Source: Octopus vulgaris (lineage: Eukaryota). From it: a stretch of DNA of 64,000 nucleotides. Below, in pieces: positions 1 to 13,035 of the stretch. Positions within the stretch are counted from its first letter, which is position 1; every line of letters starts with the position of its first letter. The translations under genes were made by a program, and so were the position numbers. The stretch is from contig OX597822.1 in assembly GCA_951406725.2 (NCBI GenBank), positions 496,001-560,000 on the forward strand, in the 5' to 3' direction. A model generated the notes under the pieces. That model was given only the letters and a program-made list of their open reading frames with translations. It did not search any database and had not been told where the DNA came from.

Positions 1-219
1 ATAACTGAAAACGACATAAAAACAAATAACCACCCACGCACAACACCACCACAACACATTAAAATAATACACGTAACACAGAACACATACAGCACCCTGA
101 AATCTCTTTACCCTGATGCAGTAGGGAGATTTCAAAAGTATTCATCAAAGAAACTATACAAAAACCTCATGGAAGAATACTGTGAGGTGAAAAACAAAGG
201 ACTTTCGAACAACAAGTAA
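1..219 (+). CDS. C-terminal end of Tx1 ORF1 (copy A), partial
   Basis: Frame 1 reads ITENDIKTNNHPRNTPPQHIKIIHVTQ...GRFQKYSSKKLYK to TAA at 217-219. This aligns with copy C 6947-7198 (FKTNNHPRTTPPKHIRILHITQ...RRFQRYLSKKLYK). Confidence 0.8.
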   Translation: MTENDIKTNNHPRTTPPQHIKIIHVTQNTYSTLKSLYPDAVGRFQKYSSKKLYKNLMEEYCEVKNKGLSNNK

Positions 220-285
220 CCTTTTCTCTCTCTCTTTCCTTTTTTGCATTTTCTTTTCGTGTGTAAAACAATTTTTTATCGGAAC

Positions 286-3200
286 ATGCTCAGAATAGGT
301 AGTATAAATGTACGTGGCTTGGGGTCGCCTTGGAAACAAGGCTACCTGTTAAATGACATCAAGTCACTAAATCTGAATATCATAGCCATCAGTGAGACCA
401 GACTCCACAGCTCGCTGGCACTCCAGCACAGTTTCGGTACGCATTTCAACATTTATTTTTCTCCGTGTCTACCGAGAATGGGCGGAGGTGGCACCGCGGT
501 GCTTCTCCGGAAGAGTCTGGATCCCAAAGTAAGAGCAATTTTCCTAGACCCGGAGGGTAGGCTGGTCGTTTTGGATGTCGATGGCAGCAATGAGTGTGCT
601 TTTCGACTGATAGCAGTTTATGCTCCGTCCTTAACAGGCCGACCAGATTTCTTTCGACGTCTAGAGTCTTTCATGGGAACGTCTCGTCCTTTACTTTTAG
701 TGGGGGATTGGAATGCCACCCTAGACACGCATCTAGACTACGTGGGCAGAGATAGCAATAGAAGGGGATGCAAATGCCTCAAAGACCTGCTCAGACGTTT
801 CCAACTGTCTGACAGGTACCAACTGGACCACCCGAATGTGCCAATGAGGACATGGAGTAATCGCATCGGGTCGTCCAGATCATACTTAGATAGAGTATTC
901 TGTAGGACAATAGATAAAAATAGTGTAGGTTGTCCACAATTTCATATAGTCAGTTACACAGATCACAAGTTTGTGACTTGTACACTTGACTTAGATAAGA
1001 CACATAGGCAGGGTCCTGGTTACTGGAAACTGAACGCGTCTTTTACAGCACGACAGGTTTACAGGGACCGGATCAGCACATTAGTTAAGAGAGCTTTGAC
1101 GGGTACCATCATCAACAACAGATGGTGGTATGCCCTAAAAAAAGCAATTAAAGCAGAATCAGTCAGATACAGTAAAGCCCTAGCATTAGACCGAAATAGA
1201 ATAGAGGGAGAATTAGTTAAGGTTTTAGAAGAGGCACTTAGAACTGGCATCGCGTCCAACGTGCTGGCGGCGAGATTGGCCCTCGACCAATACCTCAACG
1301 CCAAACACGAGGGATGCGTTGTCAGAGCTAGGATGCGTGCTCTGAGGAACGAAGGAGTTGGAGCCGCCCAAGAGGCCCGAGTGGTGGAGACGCAACGAGG
1401 CAACAGAGCCACCATCAAGTCTCTTATAGATGAACAGGGGCGCGAATTGCTCGAGCCTAAAAGGATGTGTGGGGCTTTTCAACAACACTTCACCCAACTG
1501 TTTGGGACAAGTGGTGGGTCAGAACGCAGAGTGGACTTTAGTGCCTACCTGCATGCCTTGCCACGACTCTCAGCAAGAGAGGTGGAGTCTTGTGAAAGGC
1601 CTATCACAGCTGCGGACGTACAGGATGCGATGGTAGGATGCACGAGAGACATGTCACCAGGCTTGGATGGTCTGCCCTACGAACTTTATTTTCATATGCC
1701 AGACTTGTTTGGAGGCGTCTTGGCAGCTGTCTACTGCAACTGGTAGCAAAACGGGAGTATTCCTGCTTTTGTAAAGCGAGGAGCAGTGGCACTGATTAAG
1801 AAAGACCCAAACAAGGGGGACGTCATAGATAATTTCAGGCCCATCACTCTGCTCAACGCAGATTTGAAAATTTTGGCCAAGGTGTTAGCCGAGAGGTTGG
1901 CGCTTGTCATCAAGAAACTAATCGACAAGGCGCAAACATGCGCCGTGCCGGGTAGAAGTATTCATGACAACCTCCATCTGATACGCTACATCATAGACAG
2001 GGTAGTTAAGAATCCTGGCATGGGTGGGGCGCTGATCAATTTGGATCAATCAAAAGCTTTCGATAGGGTAGACCATCACTACTTGGAGGCTGTCCTTAAA
2101 TCGGCTGGTTTCGGTCCAGTTTTCCGCGGTTGGATCGCTCCCTTATACAGCGGCATCCGCTCAGTAGTTCGCGTAAATGGTCATCTATCCAGACCTTTTA
2201 ACATCATGCGTTCGGTTCGTCAGGGATGCCTCCTCTCATCGCTGCTGTATGTACTGACTCTTGAGCCACTACTGCGGAAACTGGCGACGCTGAGGGGCAT
2301 CCCACGAGAGCTGGGATGCGGGAGGAGCGTGTCTGCATACGCGGATGACGTCACCGTCATAGTGTCGAGCTACCAGCACATCAAGCTGGTCGGCGAGACA
2401 CTAAAAGAATACGAAGCGGTAACGGGAGCAAAAATTAACCGGGAAAAGTCAGTGGGCTTGCAGCTCGGCACCTGGAGAAGCAGGCCCATGCCGTCCAACA
2501 GCGTCTCCATCGTGGGACGCTGGACGGACGGACGGACCGGTTAAATTGCTCGGGGTCTGGTTCGATCTGGACCTCCAAATGGAGAAGAACTGGGGCGAGA
2601 TAACGACTAGGGTGGCTACTCTCACCCACAAATGGGCTGAGAGAAAGCTATCCCTAAAAGGTCGGGCGGAGGTGGCGAACGCGTACATCGCATCCGTCAT
2701 CGAGTATCGTCTGACCGTCGTGCCTTGTCCCGACCCTACCATCACCAAACTGGAACGTATACTCTTCCGCTTCTTGTGGAAGGGAAACGTTCCGATGGTT
2801 AGGCGATCCATTTGCTGTCAACACCCGCTAAATGGAGGGCTGGGCATGCCGTGGTTGATGATGCGCAGACATGCGCTGAGACTGCGATATCTCCGGCGCT
2901 TCATAGACAACGGTGAACAGGTGTGGTCGCCTTTTGTGCGGCGCGCTTTCCCGCAGCTCGTCTCCTTGGACGAACTACAGTCATGGATCAAGCAGAGACC
3001 GAGGCTAGGCGAATGGCACCGCGAGTGTCGCGTTGCTCTCAAGCAACTCTGCCGTCCGGGATCGAACTTGTGCGACTCCATCACAACAGAGGCATTCTAT
3101 AGAGGATTAGTGGAGAGGAGGTGCGACGACGAACTCGGGCAGAGTCTGGGCGTCGACGAGGAACACCTGATCCGCCTGTTCAGGACAACTTTCGGTCCAG

Positions 3201-3583
3201 GACCTATGAACAATCACCAAAGATCCCTGGCCTGGCAGTGCTATCGAGAAGCATTACCTGTTCGGGATAAGCTCTACAGACACGGTTCCAGACACACTGG
3301 ACCGACTTGCCCGAGATGCGATCTTCAACCGGGAAGGAAAGGCAGTTTTCATCGTACTGGTGGCCATGGTGAAAGAATGTGTGTGTGGACCCGAGCGAAA
3401 GGATTAGAGACAACCACTTACCTCTCTGGCCAATCGCTCATCAACTTTTTCAAGTACCACTTGAAAAGGAAGGTGAGAATGGAGAGGGAAGTTTTGTCTC
3501 GTGAAAGATTAAAAAAAAGATGGGTGAATGTTGCAAAGATGGTGCGTGCGAGTGACGAAACCATTTTGAGCATGATCCTGTAG
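286..3583 (+). pseudogene. Tx1 ORF2 (APE endonuclease-reverse transcriptase), disrupted
   Basis: Motifs GSINVRGL, ISETR, VYAP, GDWN, YLDR, TDH (APE) and SPGLDGLP, NFRPITLLNADLKILAK, LDQSKAFDRVDH, VRQGC, AYADDVT (RT). Lesions: TAG at 1744-1746, a GGAC duplication frameshift near 2525, and a deletion near 3321 removing most of the C-terminal zinc finger. Confidence 0.93.
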
Positions 3584-3646
3584 ATCGTAAAAAAGAAAGA
3601 AGAGAGAGCATTTTTGCTCTCATGTGGTTATTTCCTCCCTGACTGA

Positions 3647-3830
3647 GGTTCCCGTGGTCTTTTCTGTAGGCTTTTCTTCCCACGGATGAACCCAATCTTG
3701 TTTTATCAATGTTTTTATCATTGTTTCTGTGATACACGATTTCTTTTCTTTTTTTTTCCTCCTCTCGATCCCTTTTGATCGCAATCTTACATTTATTTTT
3801 TTTTCCACCCTCGAAAAGAAAAGCTCTACA
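3647..3830 (+). ncRNA. Predicted 3' UTR pseudoknot/triple-helix RNA element (copy A)
   Basis: Stem CCGTGG/CCACGG (3652-57/3680-85). Loop TCTTTTC-TGTAGGCTTTTCTT. Distal AAGAAAAGC-T-CTACA (3816-30) is complementary to the 3' part of the loop. Confidence 0.6.
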
Positions 3831-3881
3831 TTTGTATTTGTCCCCTCTGTATTCAGCCCTGTGTGGCTAATAAAAGAAAGT

Positions 3882-3944
3882 TATCAATCTATCTACCTAC
3901 CTACCTACCTACCTACCTACCTACCTACCTACCTACCTACCTAC

Positions 3945-4007
<63 letters not shown>
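3882..4007. repeat. (TACC)n/(TATC)n microsatellite between Tx1 copies A and B
   Basis: Direct reading. Confidence 0.97.
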
Positions 4008-5001
4008 GCATTCTATAGGGGATTAGTGGAGGGGAGGTACGACGACGAGCTCGGGGCGAACCTGGACGTCGACGAGGAGTACCTGACCCGCCTGTTCGGG
4101 ACGACTTTCGGGCCAGGGCCCATGGACAACTTCCAGAGATCCCTGGCCTGGCAGTGCTACCGAGAAGCGCCACCCGTTCGGGATAAGCTCTACAGACACG
4201 GCTCGAGAAACACGGGGCCGACCTGCCCGAGATGCAGTGTCCAACAATTTCCGACCTGTGGGCTTATGTCGAACAACTGCTGTCACGTGTGGGACGAGTC
4301 GGTTTATCAGCTGAGTCTATCGTCAATATTGTCACGCCTCCTTCCTTCAAACGGGAAGGAAGAGCTATTTTCATCATCGTTGTGGCTATGGCGAAAGAAT
4401 GTATCTGGTGGACGCGTCTGAAAGGATTGGAGACAAACACTTTCCTCTCTGGTCAATCTCTCATCAGCTTCTTCAAGTACCACTTGAAAAGGAAAGTGAG
4501 AGTAGAGAGGCAAGTTTTGTCTAGCGAATGTTTTAAAAAAAGATGGGTGAATGTAGTAAGGATGGCACGTATGAATGACGAAGCCACCTTGAGCATAATC
4601 CTATGAACCCAGAAATTGAAAACAGAGGGTTACCCACTTGCAAACAAATGTGGTAACATATAACAATATTGACCAAGGTTACCGTGGTCTTTTTCGTAGG
4701 CTTTTCTTCCCACGAATAAACCTTACTTGCTTTCCCCTTTACACCATACATCATAACACTGTGATACACGATCCCTATTGATCGTTTTTTTCTTCCTCTT
4801 CCCCCTTTTTCCCCTTTTTTCTTCTTTTGTTCATTTCTCTTTTCTTTTGTTCCTTTTCCTTTTTTTTCCCTTTTGATCGAAAACCTACGCTACCTTTTTT
4901 TTGTTTCTTTTGTTTTTTGTTTTTTCATCTCCCAAAAGAAAAGCTCTACCTTGTAACTTGTCCCATCTGTGTGCAGCCCTGTGTGGCCAATAAAGAAACT
5001 T
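4008..5001 (+). mobile_element. 5'-truncated Tx1-clade copy B (ORF2 C-terminus + 3' UTR)
   Basis: Starts abruptly at AGCATTCTATAGG (homologous to ~10066). Encodes AFYRGLVEG...TCPRC and ...FFKYHLKRK...LSIIL*. Ends CAGCCCTGTGTGGCCAATAAAGAAACT followed by (TATC)n. Confidence 0.92.
4675..4950 (+). ncRNA. Predicted 3' UTR pseudoknot/triple-helix RNA element (copy B)
   Basis: AAGGTT..CGTGG/CCACG..AACCTT stems. Loop TCTTTTTCGTAGGCTTTTCTT. Distal AAGAAAAGCTCTAC at 4936-4949. Confidence 0.55.
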
Positions 5002-5113
<112 letters not shown>

Positions 5114-5311
5114 GACGGACGTGATGTCAGTTCGGCTCCGAAGGTAATCGTTTATTTTGACTATTTATAGCCCAATTTTTGTGTACATTTTTGCAAATAA
5201 GGTGTGTAAGGCAACCAACTTTCGTTTGAGTGCTTTTCCAAGGGAGGAATTCGCCCCTAGGGGCAGTTTCAACCCATTTCATTTCTGTAATTTTCTTCTC
5301 GACATTAGAAA

Positions 5312-7198
5312 ATGTCTAGAAATTTTATTGTAGAACGCTGGTCGCGTTCTTTTATGGAACAACATTTTCCTAGTCTGGAAACGATAGAGAAAAAAAAGAA
5401 CGTACGCACGGAAAATGCAAATATGAATATCGGTAAAATGAACGCTGCAACCACGTGCGGTAACAGCCCTGTCACCACCACCACCAAAACCACTAACAAC
5501 AGCAACCACGAGACAACAACTGCTACCACCACCACCACCACCACCACCACCACCACCACCACTACCACGACCAACATAAATGATAAAAATAAAACTCACA
5601 CGAAAACTATTGACAGAAACAACAGCAACAACAAGAACAACAATAAAAATGAACTATCTAATAGTGAAGATGTTAATACAAAAAAATCAACAACAGTAAA
5701 TTTCGCGGACACTCTTCGCCAGAAGAAGGAAATAGTAACATTCACAAATGAAGAGCTCATAGAAACAAGAGCTCTCTTTACAACCCGTGGACAAGATTTA
5801 GTGCTGCATACACCTCAACATATAAAGCAAGAAATAGAAAATAAGACAATTGTATATAAAATTATTAGAAAAAACAAAAAACTAAATGAACAGATTACAA
5901 AAACTGATGTGGAAAAATGTTTAAAAAACATAATGAAAGAAAAAGAGTATATAAACTGGGGTCCCCAGTTTAACACAGTAGTGGTCCGCTTCCCTAACCA
6001 GGAAGTGGCAAAAGCTCACTCTACTGAGTCTCTGGGAAATGATGAAATCATCATGGTCCCATACTACAAAAACCAGAGAGTGAGTCGAATCACATTAAAA
6101 ATGTACCCCCCGACATTCCTAACAAATGGATAACAGGGGCAATCTGTTACCATTTAAAACATATTAATATTTTGGAGACCGCCGTGTACCCTGGCGACAT
6201 TTGGGGTGGGAAAACAATAGTGGTGACCATCCAGATTGAGGGGGCCTCTATCGAGAGCCTACCGGATAAGATCCACTTGGAAAATGGGCAAAGCCTATAT
6301 GTTGTAGCAGAAGGCAAAAAGCCTAGATGCTACAACTGTGGCAGCCCAGAACATTTAATTGCCAAGTGCGATCTGGTACAGAAAAAACAAGAAAGAACAA
6401 ATCAGAAAACAAATAAAAACCCTTGTTGCCAACACCAACACCAACACACTCAATTATGAACAATGCCAAGAAAAACAACAAACCAGCAAACAAACCCCAA
6501 CAACATCACCAAGAAAAGAAACAGTACCAACACAATCACCGTTGACGTCACAACCAATTCAACATGTTGAATCAACAAAAAATAGACCAACACCCACACC
6601 GAGGACGACAATTAAAAAGACAGAAAACAGTGACGAGAAGACAAATTCTACCCCTAACACCACAACAACACAAACACCGCACAAAACATCAACAATTTAT
6701 ACAAGCATACATAGTAATGCAAATGCTTTGCCTCTACCCCATACTGATACGTCGGATCACGAAAGTTCGACGGAATGGCAAATAGCCACAGGGGGTAAAA
6801 GGAAAAGATCCAAAAAATCCACCAAACAAGGAAGTAAAGCAGGGAGATATCTAACTCCGGACAACATCCCCCTAGACAATCAAAAATCAATGAACCCGTA
6901 AAACCACACACAACTAACTGCAATAGACACAGACAATAAAGAATTAATGGACTACATTGCATCCAACACGGACATCTGTGAAGATGACTTTAAGACAAAC
7001 AATCATCCGCGCACCACACCACCGAAACACATCAGAATTTTACACATAACACAAAGCACAACACCACATACTGAAAACAATATTTCCGAATGCGGTAGGC
7101 GGTTTCAACGATACCTGTCGAAAAAACTATACAAACACCTCATCAAAGACAATACAAAAGAAGAAGAAAAAAATGAAACTTTTGAAATGAGTAAGTGA
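5312..7198 (+). pseudogene. Tx1 ORF1 (nucleic-acid-binding protein with CCHC zinc knuckle), frameshifted
   Basis: Consecutive ORF pieces 5312-6133, 6172-6459, 6359-6901 and 6947-7198. CYNCGSPEHLIAKC fits CX2CX4HX4C. T/P/S-rich linker and KRKR basic motif. Confidence 0.8.
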
Positions 7199-7255
7199 CC
7201 TCCCCTCTTGCCTCTTGTCTCTTCTAATATAGTGTGTAAAACACAATTTTCGTAA

Positions 7256-10200
7256 ATGTCAAGTATGCTTAAATTAGGTTGTGTGAATGCGCGTGGCTTG
7301 GCGTCGGCTTGGAAGCAAGGTTACCTTCTAAACGACATCAAGTCACTGGACGTGGATATAGTAGCTATCAGTGAAACCAGACTCAGTAAGCCGCGGGCCC
7401 TCGAGTCCATGTTTGGCAATCAATTTGACATTTATTTTTCTCCCTGTCTGCCGAACATGGGTGGTGGAGGTACTGCGGTGCTTTTTCGAAAGAGTCTAAA
7501 GGTAAAAGTAAGAGCAATATTCCTAGACCCGGAGGGTAGGCTGGTTGTCTTGGACGTGGATGGCAGAAATGGGTGTGCATTCCGTCTGATGGCAGTTTAT
7601 GCACCGTCCTTAACGGGTCGGGCGGATTTCTTCAGACGTCTAGAGGTTTTCCTGGGTACGTCTAGACCTTTACTGTTAGTAGGGGATTGGAACGCTACCT
7701 TGGACACGCATCTAGATTATGTGGGAAGGGATAGGAATAGAAGGGGGTGTAAGAGCCTCAAAGACCTGCTCAGACGTTTCCATTTGTCTGACAGGTTCCG
7801 ACTCGACCATCCGAACGTGCCAACGTGGACTTGGACAAACCGCGTCGGATCGTCGAGATCTTATCTAGATAGAATTCTATGCAGGACAGCGGATAGGGAT
7901 AGTGTAGGATGTCCACAATTTAAAATAGTCAGCTACACAGATCACAAATTTGTTACGTGTACGCTCGACTTAGATAAAACACATAGCAGGGTCCCGGTTA
8001 CTGGAAACTGAACACGTCGCTGTTAGCGCGACAGGTTTACAGGAACCGGATTAGCGAGTTAATTAAGAGGGCGCTGACGGGAGCGGTCGTTAACAACCAC
8101 TGGTGGCACGCCCTGAAAATGGCAATAAAATCGGAATCAATTAGGTTTAGCAAGGAATTAGCGATAGAACGAAATAGAGTAGAGGGAGACTTGGTTAAGA
8201 AATTAGAAGAGGCACTTACCACTGGCAGCGCAACCAACGTGCTGGCTGCGAGGATGGCCCTCGACCAACACCTCAACGCCAAGTACGAAGGTTGCGTCGT
8301 CAGAGCTAAAATGCGTGCCTTAAGGAACGAAGGGATTGAAGCTGCGCGAGAGGCCCGGGTAGCGGAGGCGCAGCGTGGCAACAGACCACCATTCGGTCTC
8401 TAATAGATCAACAGGGATGCAGTTTACTCGAACCCGAAAGGATGTGTGAGGCCTTTCAACAGCACTTTGCTCGACTGTTTGGTGCGAGTGGTGGATCGGA
8501 ACGCGGGATGGATTTCAGTGCCTACCTGATCGACCTGCCGCGGCTCTCGGCAAGAGAAGCGGAGTGTTGTGAAAGTCCCATCACAGCCGCTGACGTGTGG
8601 GATGCGATGGCGGGCTGCGCGAGGGATAAGTCGCCTGGATTGGATGGTTTACCCTACGAGCTGTATTGTCGAATGCCAGACTTGTTTGGCGACCTCTTGG
8701 CATCAGTCTACTGCAACTGGCAACAAAACGGGAGAATCCCCGGTTTCGTGAGCCGAGGTGCAGTGACGTTGCTGAAGAAAGACCTCAAACAAGGGGAATT
8801 TTATAGATAATTTCAGGCCCATCACTCTGCTCAACGCAGATTTGAAAATTTTGGCCAAAGTAATAGCCGAGAGGTTGGCGCTTGTCATTGGTAAACTGGT
8901 CGACAGGGCGCAAACATGCGCCGTGCCGGGCAGAACTATACATGACAACCTCCATCTGATGCGCTACATTGTGGACAGGGTAGTTAAGGATCCTGGCATG
9001 GGTGGGGCGCTGATAAATTTGGATCAGTCTAAAGCCTTCGATAGGGTCGACCATCGGTACTTGGCGGCCGTCCTCAGGGCGGCTGCCTTCGGTCCCGTCT
9101 TCCGCGGTTGGATCGCTGCCTTGTATAGCGGCATCCGATCGGTGATTCGGGTGAACGGTCACCTGTCGAAACCGTTTGACATCACGCGTTCGGTCCGTCA
9201 GGGGTGTCCCCTGTCGGCGCTTCTGTATGTATTGACTCTCGAGCCGCTACTGCGGAAGCTGGTGACACTGAGGGGCATCCCACGGGAACTGGGTTGCGGG
9301 ACGAGCGTGTCGGCATATGCGGACGATGTCACCGTCATAGTGTCGAGCGACAAACACATCAAGATGATAGGCGAGACACTAAGAAAATACGAAACGGTGA
9401 CGGGAGCAAAGATTAACCCGGAAAAGTCAGTGGGTTTGCTACTCGGCACCTGGAGAAGCAAGCCCATGCCGTCCGACTGCGGCTCAGTAGTGGGACGCTG
9501 GACGGACGGACCGGTTAAATTGCTCGGGGTCTGGTTCAGTCCGGACCTCCAAATGGATAAGAACTGGGACGAGATCACGAGTAGAGTGGTCGCTCTCAGC
9601 CAAACATGGGCCGAGAGAAAGCTGTCTCTAAAAGGCCGGGCGGAGGTGGCGAACGCGTACATCGCATCCGTCATCGATTACCGCCTGACCGTCGTACCTT
9701 GTCCCGACGCCACCATCACCAAACTGGAACGCATACTCTTCCGCTTTCTGTGGAAGGGTGGCGTTCCGATGGTGAGGAAGTCCATTTGCTGTCAACATCC
9801 GTTGAATGGAGGACTGGGCATGCCGTGGTTGATGATGCGCAGGCATGCGCTGAGACTGCGACATCTCTGGAAATTCATCGACGACGGTGAACAGGTGTGG
9901 GCGCCATTTGTGAGGCGCGACTTCCCGCAGCTCGTCTCACTGACCGAACTGCAAACGTGGATCAAAAAGAGACCGAAACTGGGCGATTGGCACCGAGAGT
10001 GTCGCCAAGCTCTACAGCAGCTCTGCCGACCGGGGTCAAACTTGTGCAACTTACAAACGACTAAAGCGTTCTATAGAGGACTAGTGGAGGGGAGGTCCGA
10101 CGACACACTCGGGGCAAACCTGGGCGTCGACGAGGAATTCCTAACCCGCCTGTTCAGGACGACGTTCGGGCCGGGGCCTATGGATAACTTCCAGAAATCC

Positions 10201-10704
10201 CTGGCTTGGCAGTGCTATCGAGACGCACTACCTGTTCGAGAGAAGAGCTACAGACACGGTTCGAAAACCATCACCGGACCGACCTGCCCGAGATGCGGTC
10301 AGAGCGACGAAACCGTTCTGCACGCACTCGTGCAGTGTCCAGATATTTCAGAGCTGTGGTCCTTCGTCGAACAGCTGTTGTCACGTGTAGGTCAGGCTCG
10401 CTTATCGGCCGAGTCTATCGTGAATATTGTTCCACCACCTTCCTTTAAACGGGAAGGGAAAACGGTTTTCGTTACGCTGATGGCTATGGCGAAAGAATGT
10501 GTGTGGTGGACGCGTTTGAAAGGACTGCAAACAAACACCTTCCTCTCTGGTCAGTCTCTCGTCAACTTTTTCAAGTACCACTTGAAAAGGAGGATGAGAA
10601 TAGAGAGGAAGGCTTTGTCGAACGAATGTTTTAATAAAAAGTGGGTAAAAGTGGCAAAAATGGTCAGTATGAAAGACGACACTATTTTAAGCATAAATCT
10701 GTAA
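7256..10704 (+). pseudogene. Tx1 ORF2 (APE endonuclease, RT, C-terminal CCHC zinc finger), three frameshifts
   Basis: GCVNARGL, GDWN, TDH; KAFDRVDH, RQGCPLS, YADD; CPRCGQSDETVLHALVQC. Single-base indels versus copy A near 7986, 8386 and 8790. Segment 8842-10704 is uninterrupted. Confidence 0.93.
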
Positions 10705-10763
10705 CCAAAAGAGACAACGAGAAGTAAGGCGACTTACTCATGTGTTCTTTTTCGAATTGTCTG

Positions 10764-10936
10764 AGGTGACCTTGGTCTTTTTTGTAGGTTTTTCTTTCCA
10801 AGGCTACACCTAAACTGTGAACCTTATATATATATTGCTTTTTTATACACCACACAACCCACAGATCCCTATTGATCAAACGTTTTTTTTTTTTTTTTGC
10901 CCCACCCATCCCACCTCGAAAAGAAAAAATTCTACA
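10764..10936 (+). ncRNA. Predicted 3' UTR pseudoknot/triple-helix RNA element (copy C)
   Basis: AGGTG..CCTTGG/CCAAGG..CACCT stems. Loop TCTTTTTTGTAGGTTTTTCTTT. Distal AAAGAAAAA..CTACA at 10920-10936. Confidence 0.6.
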
Positions 10937-10991
10937 TTGTATTTCGTCCATTTTTATTCTGTGTTTAGCCCTGTGTGGCTACAATAAAAAG

Positions 10992-10992
<1 letters not shown>

Positions 10993-11083
<91 letters not shown>

Positions 11084-11129
11084 GTACCTATCTATCTTTA
11101 TCTATGTACCTATCCATCTATATATGTAC

Positions 11130-11178
<49 letters not shown>
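10993..11178. repeat. (TATC)n then (TA)n microsatellites
   Basis: Direct reading. Confidence 0.95.
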
Positions 11179-11182
<4 letters not shown>

Positions 11183-12821
11183 GGAGTATATCCAAACTTA
11201 CAGGGAAAAATTAGATTTAGGATTAAATCAAATTTCACAGTAAATATAAATTAAATTAGAGATAAAACCACTATTAGTTGCCTAATAGTGGTTTTATATG
11301 TATACCAACAGACACACACACACACACGCACGCACGCACGCAAACACACCCACATATTCAATATATATATTTACCTTTATAATTAAATCTACTGTTTGAT
11401 TAACATTTAGGTAGTTTCCCGAAGTAGATATGTTCGGTATTTCTCTTACCTTACGCCAACAGGTATAAAACTGAATTTACTTAGCGATTTGCTCGTTAAT
11501 TTGTCGCTAAGTTATGAAGAAGTTACGCTTCACTGAAGAGCATTCAAAGAAAGGCGAAAAACGTCCCGAGTTTTATCCCATATTCATTAATGCATAAGCA
11601 AATAAACAAGCATGAACGTTATTTATTATTAATATTGCTTTTCTTTTACCACCTATACTGATATACCCAGATCGTTAAATGTTCTGATTACAAAATATAA
11701 TTTTGCTTACGTAACTGACTGATTGTCATTTAGACGACGCCCTAAAAGAAAATAAATGTATCATATTTTCTCGTATTTTATATTAATAAGTGTTATTCGA
11801 TGATATGCCCGTTAATTTTTCCACAACTTAGGAGGGGTTACGCTTCGATGATAAACATTTAATGGGAAACGAATCGCATTTTGTACATATCGTTGAAAAA
11901 TTAATTATTGTTATTTGACTAATATTGTCATTGTTACTGCATATGTGAATATAATTTAAATAACCAACGGTCTGAGATAGAAATATATTAAAGGTAGTCA
12001 AAATTGTGTCTACAGTTGTGTAGACACGGTTAGCTCTGTTCTTGCCCACCTCCAGGCCCAGCCTCACAAAGCAAACCTACGATGTCTCAGTTTTGATCAT
12101 CCTTTCAGTTTTTTCACCTTATCCACTGTGTTCTTCCATTTTAAAATACTATAATGGGAACTCGGTTGCTATTTCTAACTGATCAAGTGACCGGTTAGAC
12201 ATTTAGTAGATTTTGGTGTATTTGTAAAGTGTAATGATGCAACCGTGTAGTGGTCTCATAGTGTAGAGGTTTTATAGTGTAGTGGTTGATAGTATAGTGG
12301 CTTGTGTTATATAATGGTGTAAAAATATCTTAGTGTAATAATGTAATGATGTAACAGTTATGCAAGTAATGTCATAAGGCAGTGCGATGGAATAACAGTG
12401 GAGTGGGGGTAATAGTGCAGTAGTATGATAATATGATAGTGATGTAATAGCTTACTATAGTGCAATAGTATAGTGGTATAATAATATAATCATGTAATAG
12501 TGTGATGTATTTGTGTTGCAAGGAATAGTAGTTTAATAGTGCTGCAATATTTACAGTAGAGTTAGGGTGTCTTAATGTACGTATGTAGATATGTAGATAT
12601 GTAGATATGTAGCAGTGTTAGCGAATTGGGCTGAGTTATTAGAATGTTGAATAGATCACCCTGTGTTATTTGTTATACATACATATATAAACGCATATGT
12701 ATGTGTGTATGTATGAGTATGTATGTATGTACATATGTATGTATATATGTATGTATGTATATATATATGTATATATATATATATATGTATATATATTTAT
12801 ATATATATATATGTATATATG

Positions 12822-12936
<115 letters not shown>

Positions 12937-12942
12937 TATTTG

Positions 12943-12981
<39 letters not shown>

Positions 12982-12991
12982 TATTTGTATG

Positions 12992-13035
<44 letters not shown>

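Larger units (their letters stand above)
1..3881 (+). mobile_element. Tx1-clade non-LTR retrotransposon, copy A (5' part outside window)
   Basis: ORF1 C-terminus, then APE endonuclease + RT ORF2. The 3' UTR ends AGCCCTGTGTGGCTAATAAAAGAAAGT and joins directly to (TATC)-type repeats. Homologous to copy C throughout. Confidence 0.93.

Noticed and set aside
5252-5263. 12-bp palindrome GCCCCTAGGGGC in the Tx1 5' UTR
   Set aside because: Only one 5' UTR is available, so conservation cannot be assessed. It could be chance.
11533-11570. CTGAAGA...GCGAAA..GTC hammerhead-like boxes
   Set aside because: Helix II is only 2 bp and there is no convincing helix I or III.
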